NCBI GenBank assembly: GCA_047967505.1
Contig: CM106538.1
Length of the DNA stretch: 64,000 nt
Origin: Dipteris shenzhenensis
Taxonomy: Eukaryota
Direction: 5' to 3' (one strand)
Program-made: the position numbers and the translations under genes
The notes under the pieces: model-generated
What the model saw: the letters and a program-made list of their open reading frames with translations, nothing else
Database searches by the model: none
Told to the model about the DNA's origin: nothing
In this document: positions 11,186-24,557 of the stretch, in pieces
How the letters are laid out: every line of letters starts with the position of its first letter
How positions within the stretch are numbered: the first letter of the stretch is position 1

Positions 11186-13910
11186 AACAAGAAACTCAAA
11201 AATATATACAAGTGGCTCTTGTACCAAACAACCCTCTGCCATGCTACCTTCAAGCCTTGCATTTCGCACTACAAAACACTTCAAGGTCTTCATGAAGCAC
11301 TCGAGGAAGAACAACCATCATGCATGTACAGTGCTGCATATAGCCATCTCATCCACCGAATGCACTATGAGATGTAGTTGGCTTGTGAGAATAGAACGTG
11401 GAAAGTTCTCCTCCACTAAACAAACCATCTCCACTTACATAACTCAAGCATCCTCAAGCGTGGTGGGATCTATTTCCTTTGAGCTCACATACCTAGAAAG
11501 AAAAGAGTGCACCATATTAGCAATATGAAAACCTTGCATTACGCATTGATACGCTTCACATTTTGTAAAGTGTGAAGTACCTCACAAGCTCGCCCATCGT
11601 GCAAATACAATCCTTCACGTCCTTTGATGCACTATGAGAAATGCTAGTAGGTCATATGAACTAAACACATGAGCGATGGTTGATTAGTTGCTTCTACACT
11701 CACAACATTGGAAGGAAAAAGAGATTATGCCAAGTCATACTTACTTGGAGCATCTTATGCCAATCATGAGATTTCAAGCCATATAATTGTTCTACACCTC
11801 TTTCCTTGCTCTTTGTGAAGGTCCCCTTCAAACAGCTCATGCATCTAGTGGGAGTACAAATTGTAGTGATAGATTGCTTTACCACCACCATCTCTAGCTT
11901 TGATAACTTCCATGGTGCATGGGGTTAAAAGACATGCCCATTCAGCCTCTCTTGTGGCCAAGCTTCACGCATCCTCCCAGTGACGCATAGATCCTCCCTT
12001 ATGCTCAAGGAATCCCTTCAAATGTTCCCAAATGGTAGATGCCACATTCTTGATGATATGCATGGGATCAAGCAAGTGATTGATTTTGAGGTAGGACCAA
12101 TATGGTAGCCGATAAAGATGGAGTATCTAAACAAAAGATTGTGTTAGCATGCAATCTTTATTTCCATTCAATATAGCACTCAATAGTTACAAACCCTTAC
12201 CAGCTCATGCCACACGGGGTAGGAGTCATGGAAAGGTCCCAAATTTGCTTCCAATCTCCTGTAGTGAGTGACTGTGGGGCACTTCATTCCAAGGGGGGGC
12301 ATATCTAGGATGATCAGGTGGGAGAAATTGATGATGATCCTCATAGGTGATCTTGTTCAAGTCCTCTGTGTCTGTGAAGCAACTAGCAAAGGGCCACAAA
12401 CAAGACATGCATGGTAACCCGATGTAGTGAGACCTAAACAATAGACATAATTTCCTAAGCAAGGTGGGTTTAGGGTGCCACATCGATTGCCTACTCATAA
12501 TTAAAAGTTCTATGCTTACCTGAACACTCGCCATAGCCTGGGAAGTCATGCAACATCCACAAAACTACCTTGCATGTGAAGACGAGGGAGGCCTGCTCCA
12601 AAGTATCTCCAGCTCATCAATCAAAGGCTCTAGATAAACATCCACACTTTTGAATTTATGTTTCCCTGGAATTATAAGGGATAACATAACATGTCCTTTC
12701 TTAATCGCCACAGATGGTGGAAGATTATAATTCACCAATATCACTAGCTGTATACACTGTAAGAGGTGCTTATGAGACCAAATGGATTCACACCATCCAT
12801 ACCCAAAGCTTGGCCATGTGTCTTCAATATGCTTCCATGCAGGAGTGTCTGCGGGAGATCTCCACTTGCCATCATTTGATCGATGTGATTGGATGCCATG
12901 ACATGATCTTTGCAATGGATTTGCACTTGAACATATGTTGGATGCAAGGGATTATAGGAAAATGTTGTAGAACCTTACCAGGCACATCCAAAGTTTTGAG
13001 ATCTACTCTATATCTTGCCTCACCACAAATAGGACACTCTGGAGCCTCCTTATGTAGTCCACAAAACCGAATGCAATCATTGACACATGCATGGATGCGC
13101 TTGTAATCCAACCCTCCAAGAAAGGTCACATGCTGCCTCACCATATCTCTTGAGGTTGGTAATTTATTCTTCCTTGGAAGCATTTTAGACAATAGCCTGC
13201 ATGTAAAGACCATAAATGAGAAAAAATATTCCAGTAATTGATCCATTAGCATAATTCACCATGTTTGCAAATAGAAAGCTTACTTGAGTAATGCATTCAA
13301 ACTTGCATTGCTCCATCCATAAATGGTCTACAAGTTTAGTAACTCAAGGAAGGCACATAGAGCAGAGAATGTGCACCCCTCAAATATTGGTGTCGATGAT
13401 GTAGTAAAAAGATCCTCCTGCTCCATGCTATCATCCCTACTTGAGGACTGATGGGCAAATAAATCTCGCACCATATCATCGAACACCTCCTCCTCCATGA
13501 CCTCATGAGGTAATGGCGGAGGGCCACTATCAGCATCACTCCATGCATCCATAACCGTCCCTCCTGAAGATCCCACCTCATATCATCGATGCTTCGCCTC
13601 CTCACGACGAGCACAGGGCAACATATGCGGGTGTGGCATTGCATCCTGTATAAAATTAGAGAAGGATCATATATCAAACACTTGAACACACATAGGTATC
13701 TCAATCAAACTCAACACTTTAACACTTACCATGGATATGGTCGCATCCCATTCTTGGTACTTTGAGATGTGACTCAGTGTAAAATTCTACATGCACGATG
13801 CATGTTTCCTCGACATCGATCAAACATACATTTGATTTTTGCTCCAACCATATTTCTCAATTGTGGATATGGAGGGATTCATCCTCACTAGAGGTACTTG
13901 TTGAAGATGA
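11186..13910 (-). pseudogene. Degenerate Tnp2-type transposase of the old copy (continues at 3568-3890)
   Basis: Fragments KRIHACVNDC..CPICGEARY, VNYNLPP..GHVMLSLIIPG, GLKSHDWHKMLQ with stops and deletions. Confidence 0.88.
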
Positions 13911-14909
13911 AGACATCCTACAAATAAATACCTCAAAAAAATTGTTAGTGCTTGCAAATTTAATCCCAAAACTATGTAACACATCCAAAAGAGCATCTAT
14001 TGGTGTGCTTGTACTATGAAACGCATCTATAGGCATGTCTATAACACAGTGTAGATGCACTAACTGGTTTTTAAATCTACATTTCACTCATTTCCTCACT
14101 CCACCGCACTTTCTTTCCTTTCAAGACCCACACCTACCTCCAAGAGGAACTCATATCCAAGCAACTTACACCTCATCTCCAAGCATACACATTCATCTCC
14201 AAGCATACAAGTGAAGAGGGTGAAGAACTCATGAAGAAGGAAGCCACAAGAGAAGAAGGAGAAGAAGCTTTTGAGAAGAAAGAGAAGAAGCTTTTCATGC
14301 CTCTATCCAAGGTAAGTCTCTTGTCAGTTGCTCCTCTCTCAATCTATGATGCTTCTTGTACTTGTGGAAAGTTGTTCTCTTCATATTCGTCCTTTGTCGC
14401 ATGCAAGAAAGAATTTTTCGGATAATTTTGTTCTTTTTGGGATCGAGCGGTTTGTTCTTATCAAATTTTGTCAAGATTTGTCTGTCGAAGCACATCTAAC
14501 AATGCGTCAAACTATATTTTGAATTGTGCAACCATGCCCATAGACAAGCTTTTAGCTACGTCTATAGGCACACTACGACAATTCTATAGTTTTACAGCTC
14601 TTCTCCTTTTCCTTCTCCTTCTCCCTCAGTTCTCCTTCCATTCTTCCTTCTCTTTTTCTTCTCTTTCTTGATCCTTCCCTTCTCCTTTCCCTTGCATGTA
14701 TGTTTAAGTCGAATTTTCAATGCCTTAAGCATTCATAAGGGATTGCATGCATGATGGAAATAAGGGATTGCATAAGGGAAATTGGACTACAACATGAGGG
14801 CGCGATAAAGAAAGAGGGCATGCATGATAAACCTCTTCTCTTCTCTACTCTTCTTATCTTCAAACCTTCTTCTCTTCTCTTCTAATCTTCTTCTCTTCTT
14901 TTCTGTAGT

Positions 14910-16200
14910 TCATTGTGTGGCTAGGAACCTCTTCAAGAGCCTCACCTGACCCTCGAGATGCCTTAGTATAGCAGTTATATAACATTTTGGGGCACCCTCC
15001 CACTACAAAGGAGTTATATACATACATAACAAGCACTCAAAACACCCATGATGAGTCGAGAGTATAGACTCCAAACCACCCCACACCCACACCACCTAAG
15101 ATTACTCCCGTGCAATTGGGAGCCCCTTCTCCAAAGGTGAGTGCCCATCATAGTAGCTCGTCACGACATGGTAGAAGATGTAGTAGTAGGAAGAGCTCTA
15201 GCATAGGATGCATGGCATAGTGCTTTGGGGGCAGCACTGGGGGCGAGGAGGATTCAGATGCAGAGGTGCTAGAGGGTGATGGTATGATCTTCTATGATAT
15301 CACTGAGATGGGTGGCATCTTGATGGATTCACAAGGGAAGGACATCATGGCCTTCATGTGCTTTGTAGTTCATAACAACTAGAGAGATTGCTTCATTCAA
15401 TTCAAAGAGCAGGAAAAAAAGTTTGGCTAATGATACCATCAATGCTATATGCTCCAGATATCCCAATCATCCCCAGTGTTGAGTTCACTGACAAATGGGC
15501 AAAGTCAAAGATTACCATTATCCTTGCCACCCAATAAGAGATCTTTGCTTAAGAGACAGGCACTAGCTGAGATTGCTAGGAGAGAGGGAGGTCAACCACC
15601 AACAGGTCAACCCCACACCACTCATAAGCGTGAGTGGAAGAAAGCGATGAAGGCAGTGAAAGCAGACCCCAGTCTGCAACACATAGAGGCACGACGGATC
15701 CAGATGGAGCGATATGGAAACATGCATTTTGGAGCAGGGGGTATTGCATCATGGGAGGCCAAATTGTAAGTATTGATCTCAAATTATATTGTGTTTATGT
15801 GGTTTATTAGGAGGTTGTTCCTTTGTACTAACCCCTCTACAAATTGTGTCATCTTACAGCTTGATATCGTGGGGAGATACCCTACTCCTTTCGAGACAAC
15901 CTACCATCATGGACATTGCAAGTGACATACCTGGAGGCACTTCTATGATGAGGGGTTGATTACTAAGGAGCAGTATATCCGGGCTACTGGAGCGCCCTTG
16001 CAAGTATTTAAAAGTACTTTAAAAATGTGAATGTTGTAAATAAAGATTTGATTTTTCATACATTGTACATGTTGTCCCTTGTTTACAAGCTCTTGGGGAT
16101 AATTAGGAGGTAGAAGGCGAGGATACTGAGGAGGAAGAAGGTAATGGAAAAGGCAATGAAGATGGGAGCGAGGACGAGGATGCCTCCAATTAGTCATAGA
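14910..16200 (+). pseudogene. Degenerate second (TnpA-like) gene of the old copy
   Basis: NKRSLLKRQALAEIARREGGQPP..KREWKKAMK..EARRIQMERYG (15449-15769), homologous to 9563-10387. Confidence 0.8.
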
Positions 16201-17640
16201 AGTACTACTAGAATTAGTGCTAGCTATTCTTTTTTGTATTGAAGCCATTGGCTTGGCTTCGTGCTATATGTATATACACTCCTCTTATTTTTTGAACATG
16301 AAGCCACAGGTAGGTGGGCTTCGGCTATATGTATATACAAGCACTTTTTGGGCTATGAATTAATATACAATCCTCTTTTTTTTTTGGCATTCAATTTTCT
16401 TGTGCAATGTTTTATCAATGAATGCTTTGTGATGTAAACGTTTTGGAGTTGTAATGTTTTATTAGGAATTGTAATCGTCAGCTATAGACGTGAATGGAAT
16501 TGTGCAAATTAAAATGTGGTTGGTAGTAAGAATTGCATTGTACACTGTAGAAATGGGATTCCTACAACCACACAACATACTATAGAAATGGGATTCCTAC
16601 AACCACACAGCATACACAACATTCTATTCAACCACACGACATTCTTTTTAAAAAAAATAATTCTGCAGAGCATCTATAAGTGTGTCTATTAGCACATCTT
16701 TCTTTTTTTTTGTAAAGTGTCTATTAGCATGTCTATGGGTGTGTCTCTTTGTTATATAGATGCGTCTATAGACACGGGTTTGTAGATGTGCTAATAGATG
16801 CACTTATTAATTTTTTTAAAAATTCAATAAACACGTTTATACACGTGTCTATGGATGCATTGTGTTGTTGTGTTATTGGCGCATCAAAGGCCCCATCCAT
16901 CACAAGTTTGGATTTCTTTTGAACACAAGCAATATACTATGAAAGATGATTGGTCAATCAAAAAACAATGGCAATTTTTTCTATTGCCATGGATAGCCTC
17001 CCCTTTTGTTCAATCATTCTCTCCAAATCCCTTGCAACTATTAAATGGAGTGTTGAATTGATTCTTGTACATGGAGTGTTGAATTTATTACGATGAAGGC
17101 AATATACAATCCCCTTGTAGATCACATCCCCTTGCATGCTCCCACTGTCAATCACTTGTATTCTTCCTATTGACTTTAGTTTGGTGAAGAGCTTCTTCTC
17201 ACCAATTGTGCAACATGTCACGATAATAATAATTCTCCTTAAATAAATATAAATACAAATACAAATCTGAATAAATAAATATATGGGAATAAGAGCAAGG
17301 TCTTTTCAATATGGGTATGTTTTATATATCTATTGAAATCATCTCCGCATATAGCTAGAGTCCACTTGTGTGTGTGTTTTGTACCATGGATAAAAAGGTT
17401 ATCCAAGAATATTAGTAAGAATTTGTCGATTTATTCCTAGAAAGTTTCTACCATGAATTGCTGGAACATAGCATGTGCACTCTTCAACTCGATTAGCATC
17501 ACCTTAATCGAGTATGCTCCTTTTTTGATGATCAAGCTTGCCATTTCTTGATCCTCATTGGGCATTGTGGTTTAGGTGTACCCCCTATATCCGTCCATGA
17601 ATGCATATGTCTCATGCCCCAGTACTTTGTCCAAGATGTT

Positions 17641-17885
17641 CACTACAAGACATGGGCCTTTTTCTGACATCGATAGTGATGCTAAATACAAATATTTTTT
17701 TTTAAACAATTGAAAAGTATCAAAATGTGCATCAGTGTGTATGTTGTAAAGAAAGTCGATATGAGTGTCGGTATGGGCATCAACAAGTGATAGCTATCAG
17801 TGTCGGTATGGGCATCAATATTAACATCGGTATGTATCGACATTACAGTGTCGGTATGGGCATTGGTATATACCGACATTTTAAC
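17641..17885 (+). repeat. CACTA terminus with subterminal repeats
   Basis: CACTACAAGA followed by several AGTGTCGGTATGGGCAT-type repeats and an inverted ATACCGAC. Confidence 0.8.
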
Positions 17886-18239
17886 ATAAGAAAAAAAGAA
17901 ATTGTGGGGTAGGATCACAGTAGGATGGGGCTTGTTTTAGTTCCATCCTGCCCCAGAATGTTTTTTTTTCATTAGAATCATGTTACAAAAGCGGTGTACA
18001 AAATCATGTTACAATGTTACAAAAAAGGTCTACAAAATGGCAAAAGTAGTTCCGAAGGAATCTGCTCTCCAAACGGGTGACATGATGACATGTCTAATTC
18101 AACGGGATTGGACCAACACAAACACAAACAATAAAACAAATACAAAGACAAAATCGAATAAGAAGCGAAAAAAATAATATAGACTTGCATTTTTGTCTTC
18201 TAAGTCTTGAAAAGAGACCACCATCATATCTAAGGATGG

Positions 18240-19485
18240 GAGCGAGGAAGAGTGGAGAGAAAGACCAAAAAAAGGAGAGAAAGAGGAAAGAGAAGAGAAA
18301 AGAAAATAAGAGGGAAGAGAAAAGAGAGGAAAAGAGAGGAGAGAAAGAGAGAAAGAAGAGGAGGAAAATAAGAGAGGAAAAGAGAGGACAGAAAGAGAGA
18401 AACAAAGAGAGAAATAAGAGGAGGAGAGAAAGAGAGAAAGAAGAGGAGGGAAATAAGAGAAGAAAAAAAGAAAGGAAAGAGAGGAGAGAAAGAGAGATAA
18501 AAATGAGAGAAAGAGAGGAAAAGAGAGAAGAGACAAGAAAATAAGAGAGGAGAGAGAAGAGAGGAAAAGAGAGAGCAAGGAAGAGGAAAGAGAGAGAGAG
18601 AGAGAATAAGAGAGGAGAGAAAGAGAGAGAAGAGGAGGGAAATAAGAGAGGAAAGAAAGAGGAAAAAAGAGGGGAGAAAGAGAGAGAAAAAGAGAGGAGA
18701 AGAGAGGAGAGAAAATAAGAGAGGAGAGAAACGAGAGGAGGGAAAGAGGGAAAAGAGAGAGCGATAAAGAGAGGAAAAGAGAAGAGAGAAAGAGAGGAAA
18801 AGAGAAAGAAGAGTAGGAGAGAAAGAGAGAAAGAAGAGGAGGGAAATAAGAGAAGAAAGAAAGAGAGGAAAGAGAGGAGAAAAAGACAGAAAAAAAGAGA
18901 GAAAGAGAGGAAAAGAGAGAAGAGAAAAGAAAATAAGAGAGGAGAGAAAAGAGAGGAAAAGAGAGAGCGAGGAAGAGGAAAGAGAGAGCAAGAAAGAGAA
19001 AAAAAGAGCGAGAAAGAGAAGAAAAGAGAGGAGAGAGAAAATAAGAGAGGAGAGAAAAGAGAGGAAAAGAGGAGAGAAAAGAGATGAGGGAAAGAGGAGA
19101 GAAAGAGAGAAAGAAGAGGAGGGAAATAAGAGAGGAAAGAAAGAGAGGAAAAGAGAGGAGAGAAAGAAGAGTAGGAGAGAAAGAGAGAAAGAAGAGGAGG
19201 GAAATAAGAGAAGAAAGAAAGAGGGAAAAGAGGAGAGAGAAAGAGAGGAAAAGAGAGGAGAGAGGAGAGAAAAGAGAGGAAAAGAGAGGAGGGAAAGAGG
19301 AAAAAGAGAGAGCGACAAAGAGAGGAAAGAAAGAGGGAGGAAGAGGAAAGAAAGAGAGAAAGAGAGGAGAGAATAAGAAGAGAATAAGAGTGGGGAGGGA
19401 GGAGAGAGAAAATAAGAGAGAACGAGAGAGCGCGGAAGAGGAAAGAGAGAGCGAGAAAGAGAGGAAAAGAGAGGAGAGAAAGACA

Positions 19486-19535
<50 letters not shown>

Positions 19536-19600
19536 GAGAGGAGAGAAAGAAAATAAGAGAGAAGAGAAAAAAAGTAGAAGAAGAAAGGAGAAGAGTAGAG
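18240..19600. repeat. About 1.4-kb polypurine (AG-rich) low-complexity tract including a (GA)n run
   Basis: Almost exclusively A/G on the + strand, with recurring GAAAAGAGAGGA / GAAATAAGAGAG units. Confidence 0.95.
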
Positions 19601-20349
19601 AGTTCCTATGCCCATCATTTTGAAGCTAGCGCTTTAAGAGAGAAAGCTAGCTGTAGGCCAATGTATGCATGAAAATAAAAACAAGAGAGAGACAAAGCAC
19701 GTTCTTACCTAGAAAGTACATGTCTTAGGCATGACACCAGATGATCCTGCTTGAAGTTTCGTGTTTCGTGTTTTTTGCCCTATAAAAGAGAGAAAACATA
19801 CCATTTAAGGAAACTAGTTAGTGAAAGGAGGAGTTTGGAGAAGAAACATACCAAAGGAATGGAGAGAGGAGACAAAGAGAAGCCTACAAACAAGGACAAA
19901 GCATAAAAGGAAGAGGTAGAGCTTTCATACTCCTCTCTTTCATGAATTTTTTTGATGTATTGTGTTTTACTTGAGAGAAAGAAAAAGAAAGGACAAGAGA
20001 AACTTCAGAGAAAGGAAGGGAAACTAGAGGAGAGGAAGAAAGAAAGACAAAGAAACCAAAAAAACTTAAAATAGAAGTAGATGATAGAAATTCTTATCTT
20101 GAGGTGGAGAGGGAGAATGTAGGAGAGGATGGAGAAGTGGGAGGGGGAGGGAGGAGGGAGAAGTTATGAGGCAAGGATTGAGGGGGGTGATTGCGAGCTG
20201 AAAGCGAGGAAGGAGAATGCAAGAAACAAAAACACAAATGGCATCGCATGAAAGGAAAGCGTGGGTTTTGTCCCTGATGCCGTCGGTATTAGCATCAGTA
20301 TTTATAGCAGAGGTGTTAGTATATACCGACAAAACAAGGGTTTATGCTT

Positions 20350-23335
20350 CTGGGGGTTTAGAGTTTAGGGTTTTTGGGGGGGCTTGGGAGGCTTGGGAGA
20401 TTTTGGGGGTTTGAAAGGATTTAGGGGGGATTTAAGGGGGGTTTAGACCTCAGGGTTTTTTAGATTTAAGGGGATTTAGGGTTTGGGGGGACTTAGGGAA
20501 TTTGGACTAGTTTAAGGGGTTTAGGGGGGTTTGAGGGAATCTAGGGAGGGTTTAAGGGGGGTTGGGAGGTGTTTAAGGGGGGTTTAAGGGGGGTTGGGAG
20601 GTGTTGGGGGTTTAAGGGGGTTTAAGGGTATTTGAGGGGATTTAGGAGGGATTTAAGGGGGGTTTATATGTTGAGGGTTCACGCTCAACATCATGTGATC
20701 ATATGTGCATAGCACCATCATGTGATCATACGTGTATAGCACTAATCCAATAGAGTGCTATAAAGGAAAGGGTTAGATGCCCAGACCCTAACCCTAAATG
20801 GGTTTGTATATATTCTACATTTTCAACTTAATCTAGTGTACAATTAGTCATTTGTGGTGTGCTCTCTAGCTGTGCCCTCTCTCCTCATCTCCACTCTTCT
20901 CCTCTCCCCTCTTCATATTTTATCATGGTATCAGAGCTCCCTTGGCTTCTGCTGAGGCATTGCGATTCTTGAGAGCGTGAGAGATATTGAGACTGATCGA
21001 GTGAGCATCCTTTCATTTCATTGATGAAAGAGATTTTCGTTCACTTGGAAGAATTTCTGTCCATTCATTTCCTTGAGAGTTCTTTGGAGATTTCTGTTTA
21101 CATCTGAGAGACATCTCTTCCATTGAGAGATTGTGTGCAAGAGAGAGTTCATTCCTTTTAGAGATTTATTTTATGAGACAGATCTGTGAGGAGTTCTTCT
21201 TCTTCTTCTTCTTCATTTGAGAGAGAGATATATAGCTTCATTCTGAGAGAGATAGAGATAGCTTCATTTTGAGAGAAAGAGATTAGTCTATGCGTTCTAT
21301 TCTCTACAAACTAGCCTAGTGTTCTGTATCGACCTCTCGATAGAGCTCAAAGCAAGGCAAGCACTTAGCTGCATACTACAAGCCTCGCAATAGCAGCAAG
21401 GCCCTAAGGTGACCACAAGAAGCAACTTTCTACACAAGGATGGTACCACAAGTCCTTGATGACGGACGACCAACGCTCCAACAGATATAAGCTCCTTCAT
21501 GGATTGCTCACTAGCCAGCAGCCTCTTCAACGGCTACAACTCACTCCCTCACGATTGCTCCAGTCTATCGATTGACGATAGCCCAAAGCTCCACGGGCTT
21601 CAACGATGACACAAAGCCTTCTTGACGAGGCCTCAGCCACTCCAATAGCCACGAGCTAGCACCAGCGACTCAAGACTCCCTGTGCGCCAAGTTCTCATCC
21701 AATGCATTGAACTCAGCAAAGATAGCACCAACGGGCTTCTCCACTGTCAACACAACGAGCACACAAGCTCACGGGTAGTCTCAACGAGCCAAGCTTTGCC
21801 CGACCTTCTCTATGCATACAAGCACCCTACAACAAAGGTAGTGGTGTTGCCGACCTTCTCTATGCATACAAGCACCCTAGAACAAAGGTAGTGGTCCATG
21901 CATCAGCAGAGCGATGCCTTCAACGGACTACAGCAAGAGCTCATGAGCAAAGGCGGATCAACAAGACGAACTGCCCACACTACAATAGTCCTTAAGCTTC
22001 TCTGCCCCGCCATCGACAACCTTCAGCTTGTCTACATGACGCTCCAGCCTCTCCAACGAGCCAATGCTAGTGCCTCTCCAATGAGCCAGCCAATGAATTG
22101 CCTACACACAACAATGCAAAGGGCCTCCATCTAGAGCGTGCCTCTCCTCGCAAGCACATGGGCTATAGCACTAGCTCCAACAAGCCCACGACACCTATCC
22201 AAGCAGCAACGTGTGGCCCAACACACATGCGACAATGCAAGCTCTCCAGCCATGCACAAATGGAATCGACGAAATATTTAAAAGATTCTAGTCGCCCTCC
22301 TTCCAACACATGGTAGAAATTGAGGATAGGGTTAGTTACCTAAATCCTAGGTTAGTTAAGTTAATCATAGCTTGGGTCCAACAAGAGACACATGGCAAAC
22401 CTTGGTCACCTTATCTGCAGGGTCACCACTCACCCTAGGAGTGGTCTACAAGGCAACACTGGCATGTTATCTTGCCATGTCAACATCTGCCACATCATCT
22501 GGCCACATCAACTGCCACCTCAGCTACCATGTCAGCTGCCACATCAGTAGGTCTAGTCAAATTCAATGCCACATCATCGGGTCTACATCATCATTGTTGA
22601 CATCATCAATGCCACATCACCAACTTACCAACTCATCAACCTAGTCAACTACCACCTCATTAGTGCCACATGGCACTTTGACCCTTGCAGGCACAGTTAT
22701 CCCTCTGTAGGTACACACAGTCATTGCATGTCACCACACCTGCCACCTCAACACAGGGCTCCATAGGCATAGTCCCTGCTAGGCATAGTCACTGCATGTG
22801 ACCCCCTGATTGCCACATCATCATTGAGCACATTTGGCCTACTTCATGATGTTGATCTTGAGGGAAGGTGTTGAGAGTTCACGCTCAGCATCATGTGATC
22901 ATATGTGCATAGCACTAACCCAATAGAGTGCTATAAAGGAAAGGGTTAGATGCCCTAACCCTAACCCTAAATGGGTTTGTATATATTCTACATTTTCAAC
23001 TAAATCCAGTGTACAGTTAGTCAGTACAGTTAGTCATTTGTGGTGTGCTCTCTAGCTGTGCCCTCTCTCCTAGTCTCCACTCTTCTCCTCTCCCCTCTTC
23101 ATATTTTGTCATTAGGGGGTATTCGGGGATTAAGGGGATTTAGGATGGGAAATTTTAGAGAATTTGGATAATTTCAAGGGGTTTGGTGGGTTTTAGGGAG
23201 GGTTTAGGGTTTGGGGTTGGGGGATTTGGGAGGGTTTAGGGAATTTGGATGGGTTTAAGGAATTTTAGGTACCAAAGAAGGGGTTTGGGGGTTTCTGGGG
23301 GATTTGGGTGTTTGACTTGACTGGGAGGGATGATT
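20350..23335. repeat. Degenerate G/T-rich TTTAGGG/TTTAAGGGG-like tract, split by an LTR element
   Basis: Repeated GGGTTTAGGG, GATTTAAGGGGG variants at 20350-20668 and 23112-23335. Confidence 0.7.
20669..23111 (+). mobile_element. Non-autonomous LTR retroelement (TRIM/LARD-like), 2443 bp
   Basis: LTRs TG...CA at 20669-20925 and 22869-23111; PBS TGGTATCAGAGC (tRNA-iMet) at 20926-20937; PPT TTGAGGGAAGG before the 3' LTR; no recognisable gag/pol inside; flanks TTATA/TTAGG match only partly. Confidence 0.92.
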
Positions 23336-23358
23336 TTGGATGTGTTTAGGTGGAAAGG

Positions 23359-23884
23359 ATGAGTAGTGATAGCTCATCGAATGGCGGGCTACCTCCCGGG
23401 AGTGTGGAGTGGCTTCGTGAGAGATTGCCTTGTCCTTGTACGCATTGTAGACGAGGGGTTTGTCATCAGCACTGCATTGTGATGCGCTACTTGCAAATGT
23501 ATGGAGAGGCACCAACAGAAGAGGACATTGGTCATAATGCTAGTGTATCATCAATAAACCAATGATATTTGAGTGATTCATGGATATTTATATTGCGTGC
23601 ATATTCCACACACTAACCTTGTGTCAATATATAGGATGAGAAGAGCAGCGAGGGAGCACATGCACCACCACCACACTTCAAGACAAATGATCCTCTAGAG
23701 GAGGACGAGATGGATTCTATTTTTGGAGGCACCACAGGAGATGGGGGAGAGATGTCTGAGCATGGGACCATGATGCGATATTTGGCGTCAACACACTTGT
23801 ATGATGTTGTGAGGATGACAAACTACGAGCGTGCCTCTCGATTGAATCTGCAGGCAAAGTATGGCTGGTCGGACACAAGTATCA
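23359..23884 (+). pseudogene. Truncated N-terminus of a CACTA Tnp2 transposase (two exons)
   Basis: MSSDSSS..WLRERLPCPCTHC..YLQMYGE and ASTHLYD..LNLQAKYGWSDTS parallel MSSSSTSS..WLEQKIKCLCDQC..HISKYGE and ASTPLFEG..LNLQTIYGWSNAS of the full transposase at 58268. Confidence 0.8.
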
Positions 23885-23994
23885 CTTGATCGGATAACTT
23901 CTCCCACTAATAAATTAAGTACTAATTAAAAATTATAATAAATAAGTAGATTATTAAAAAGAGACTAATATTTATGTAATTGTTGCCACTGCAG

Positions 23995-24557
23995 CTTGCT
24001 TGCGAAGGACTCTCACAAAGGAGATGGCTATAGATTTTGTTCCAGGGATGGATGTGATTTTATGTAGCAAAAGAGAAGTAGTTGCATTTGCTACAATCCA
24101 TGATAGTGATCCCAATTCACTTTGCCACTTTCGAAGACTTGGCGAAGATAAGGTAGCAGTTACTGTATCAAAGATTCTTAGCGCACATGTTGAGCTAAAG
24201 TATAAATGTGGAGATATGGAAACACTTGGAGATGTTATGCCCTACAATACATCCAACAAATCATTTATAGCATGGGACAAAGATGAGACTTATGCAACAG
24301 ACATTATCAAGAATACAAAGTGCACCACCTTGGATTTTACTATAGGGGACATTTTACAAATGAGATCATTTGCAAATAAGATTGTAGCAAAAGGTGAAGT
24401 ATTGGGATTTGAACAAGTGGAGCAATGGTCATTTGCGCAGATGAGGATTCTAAAAGTCACTGATGATGGTATGGTTGATAACATAACATCCTTATGTGAT
24501 CCCTACTATGAGGTAGGCAAGAATATGAGATGGAGCATGCAATTTGCACATCCATAA
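23995..24557 (+). CDS. Orphan exon with Tnp1/En-Spm C-terminal (Transposase_23/DUF8039-like) domain, probably tandem
   Basis: Acceptor CTGCAG at about 23994; VVAFATIHDSDP..HFRRLG..VAVTV..TLGDV..FIAW, then a second IVAKGEV..MRW unit; the frame runs into the first satellite monomer. Domain call by eye. Confidence 0.55.

Larger units (their letters stand above)
3568..16872 (-). mobile_element. Old degenerate En/Spm (CACTA-superfamily) element, CACAA-terminus family; left end lost; interrupted by the younger copy at 3891-11185
   Basis: 3568-3890 and 11186-13910 are co-linear with the transposase gene of the nested copy but have many stops and indels. A second-gene remnant lies at about 14910-16200. 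The right terminus ...GCATTGTGTTGTTGTG ends at 16872. No left terminus found. Confidence 0.85.

Noticed and set aside
18094-19623. Long Leu/Ser/Phe- and Arg/Glu/Lys-rich ORFs (up to 462 aa)
   Set aside because: Translations of a polypurine/polypyrimidine tract that lacks stop codons by composition.
20350-20668. True interstitial telomere or chromosome fusion site
   Set aside because: Units are highly degenerate with few exact TTTAGGG copies and no head-to-head arrangement.
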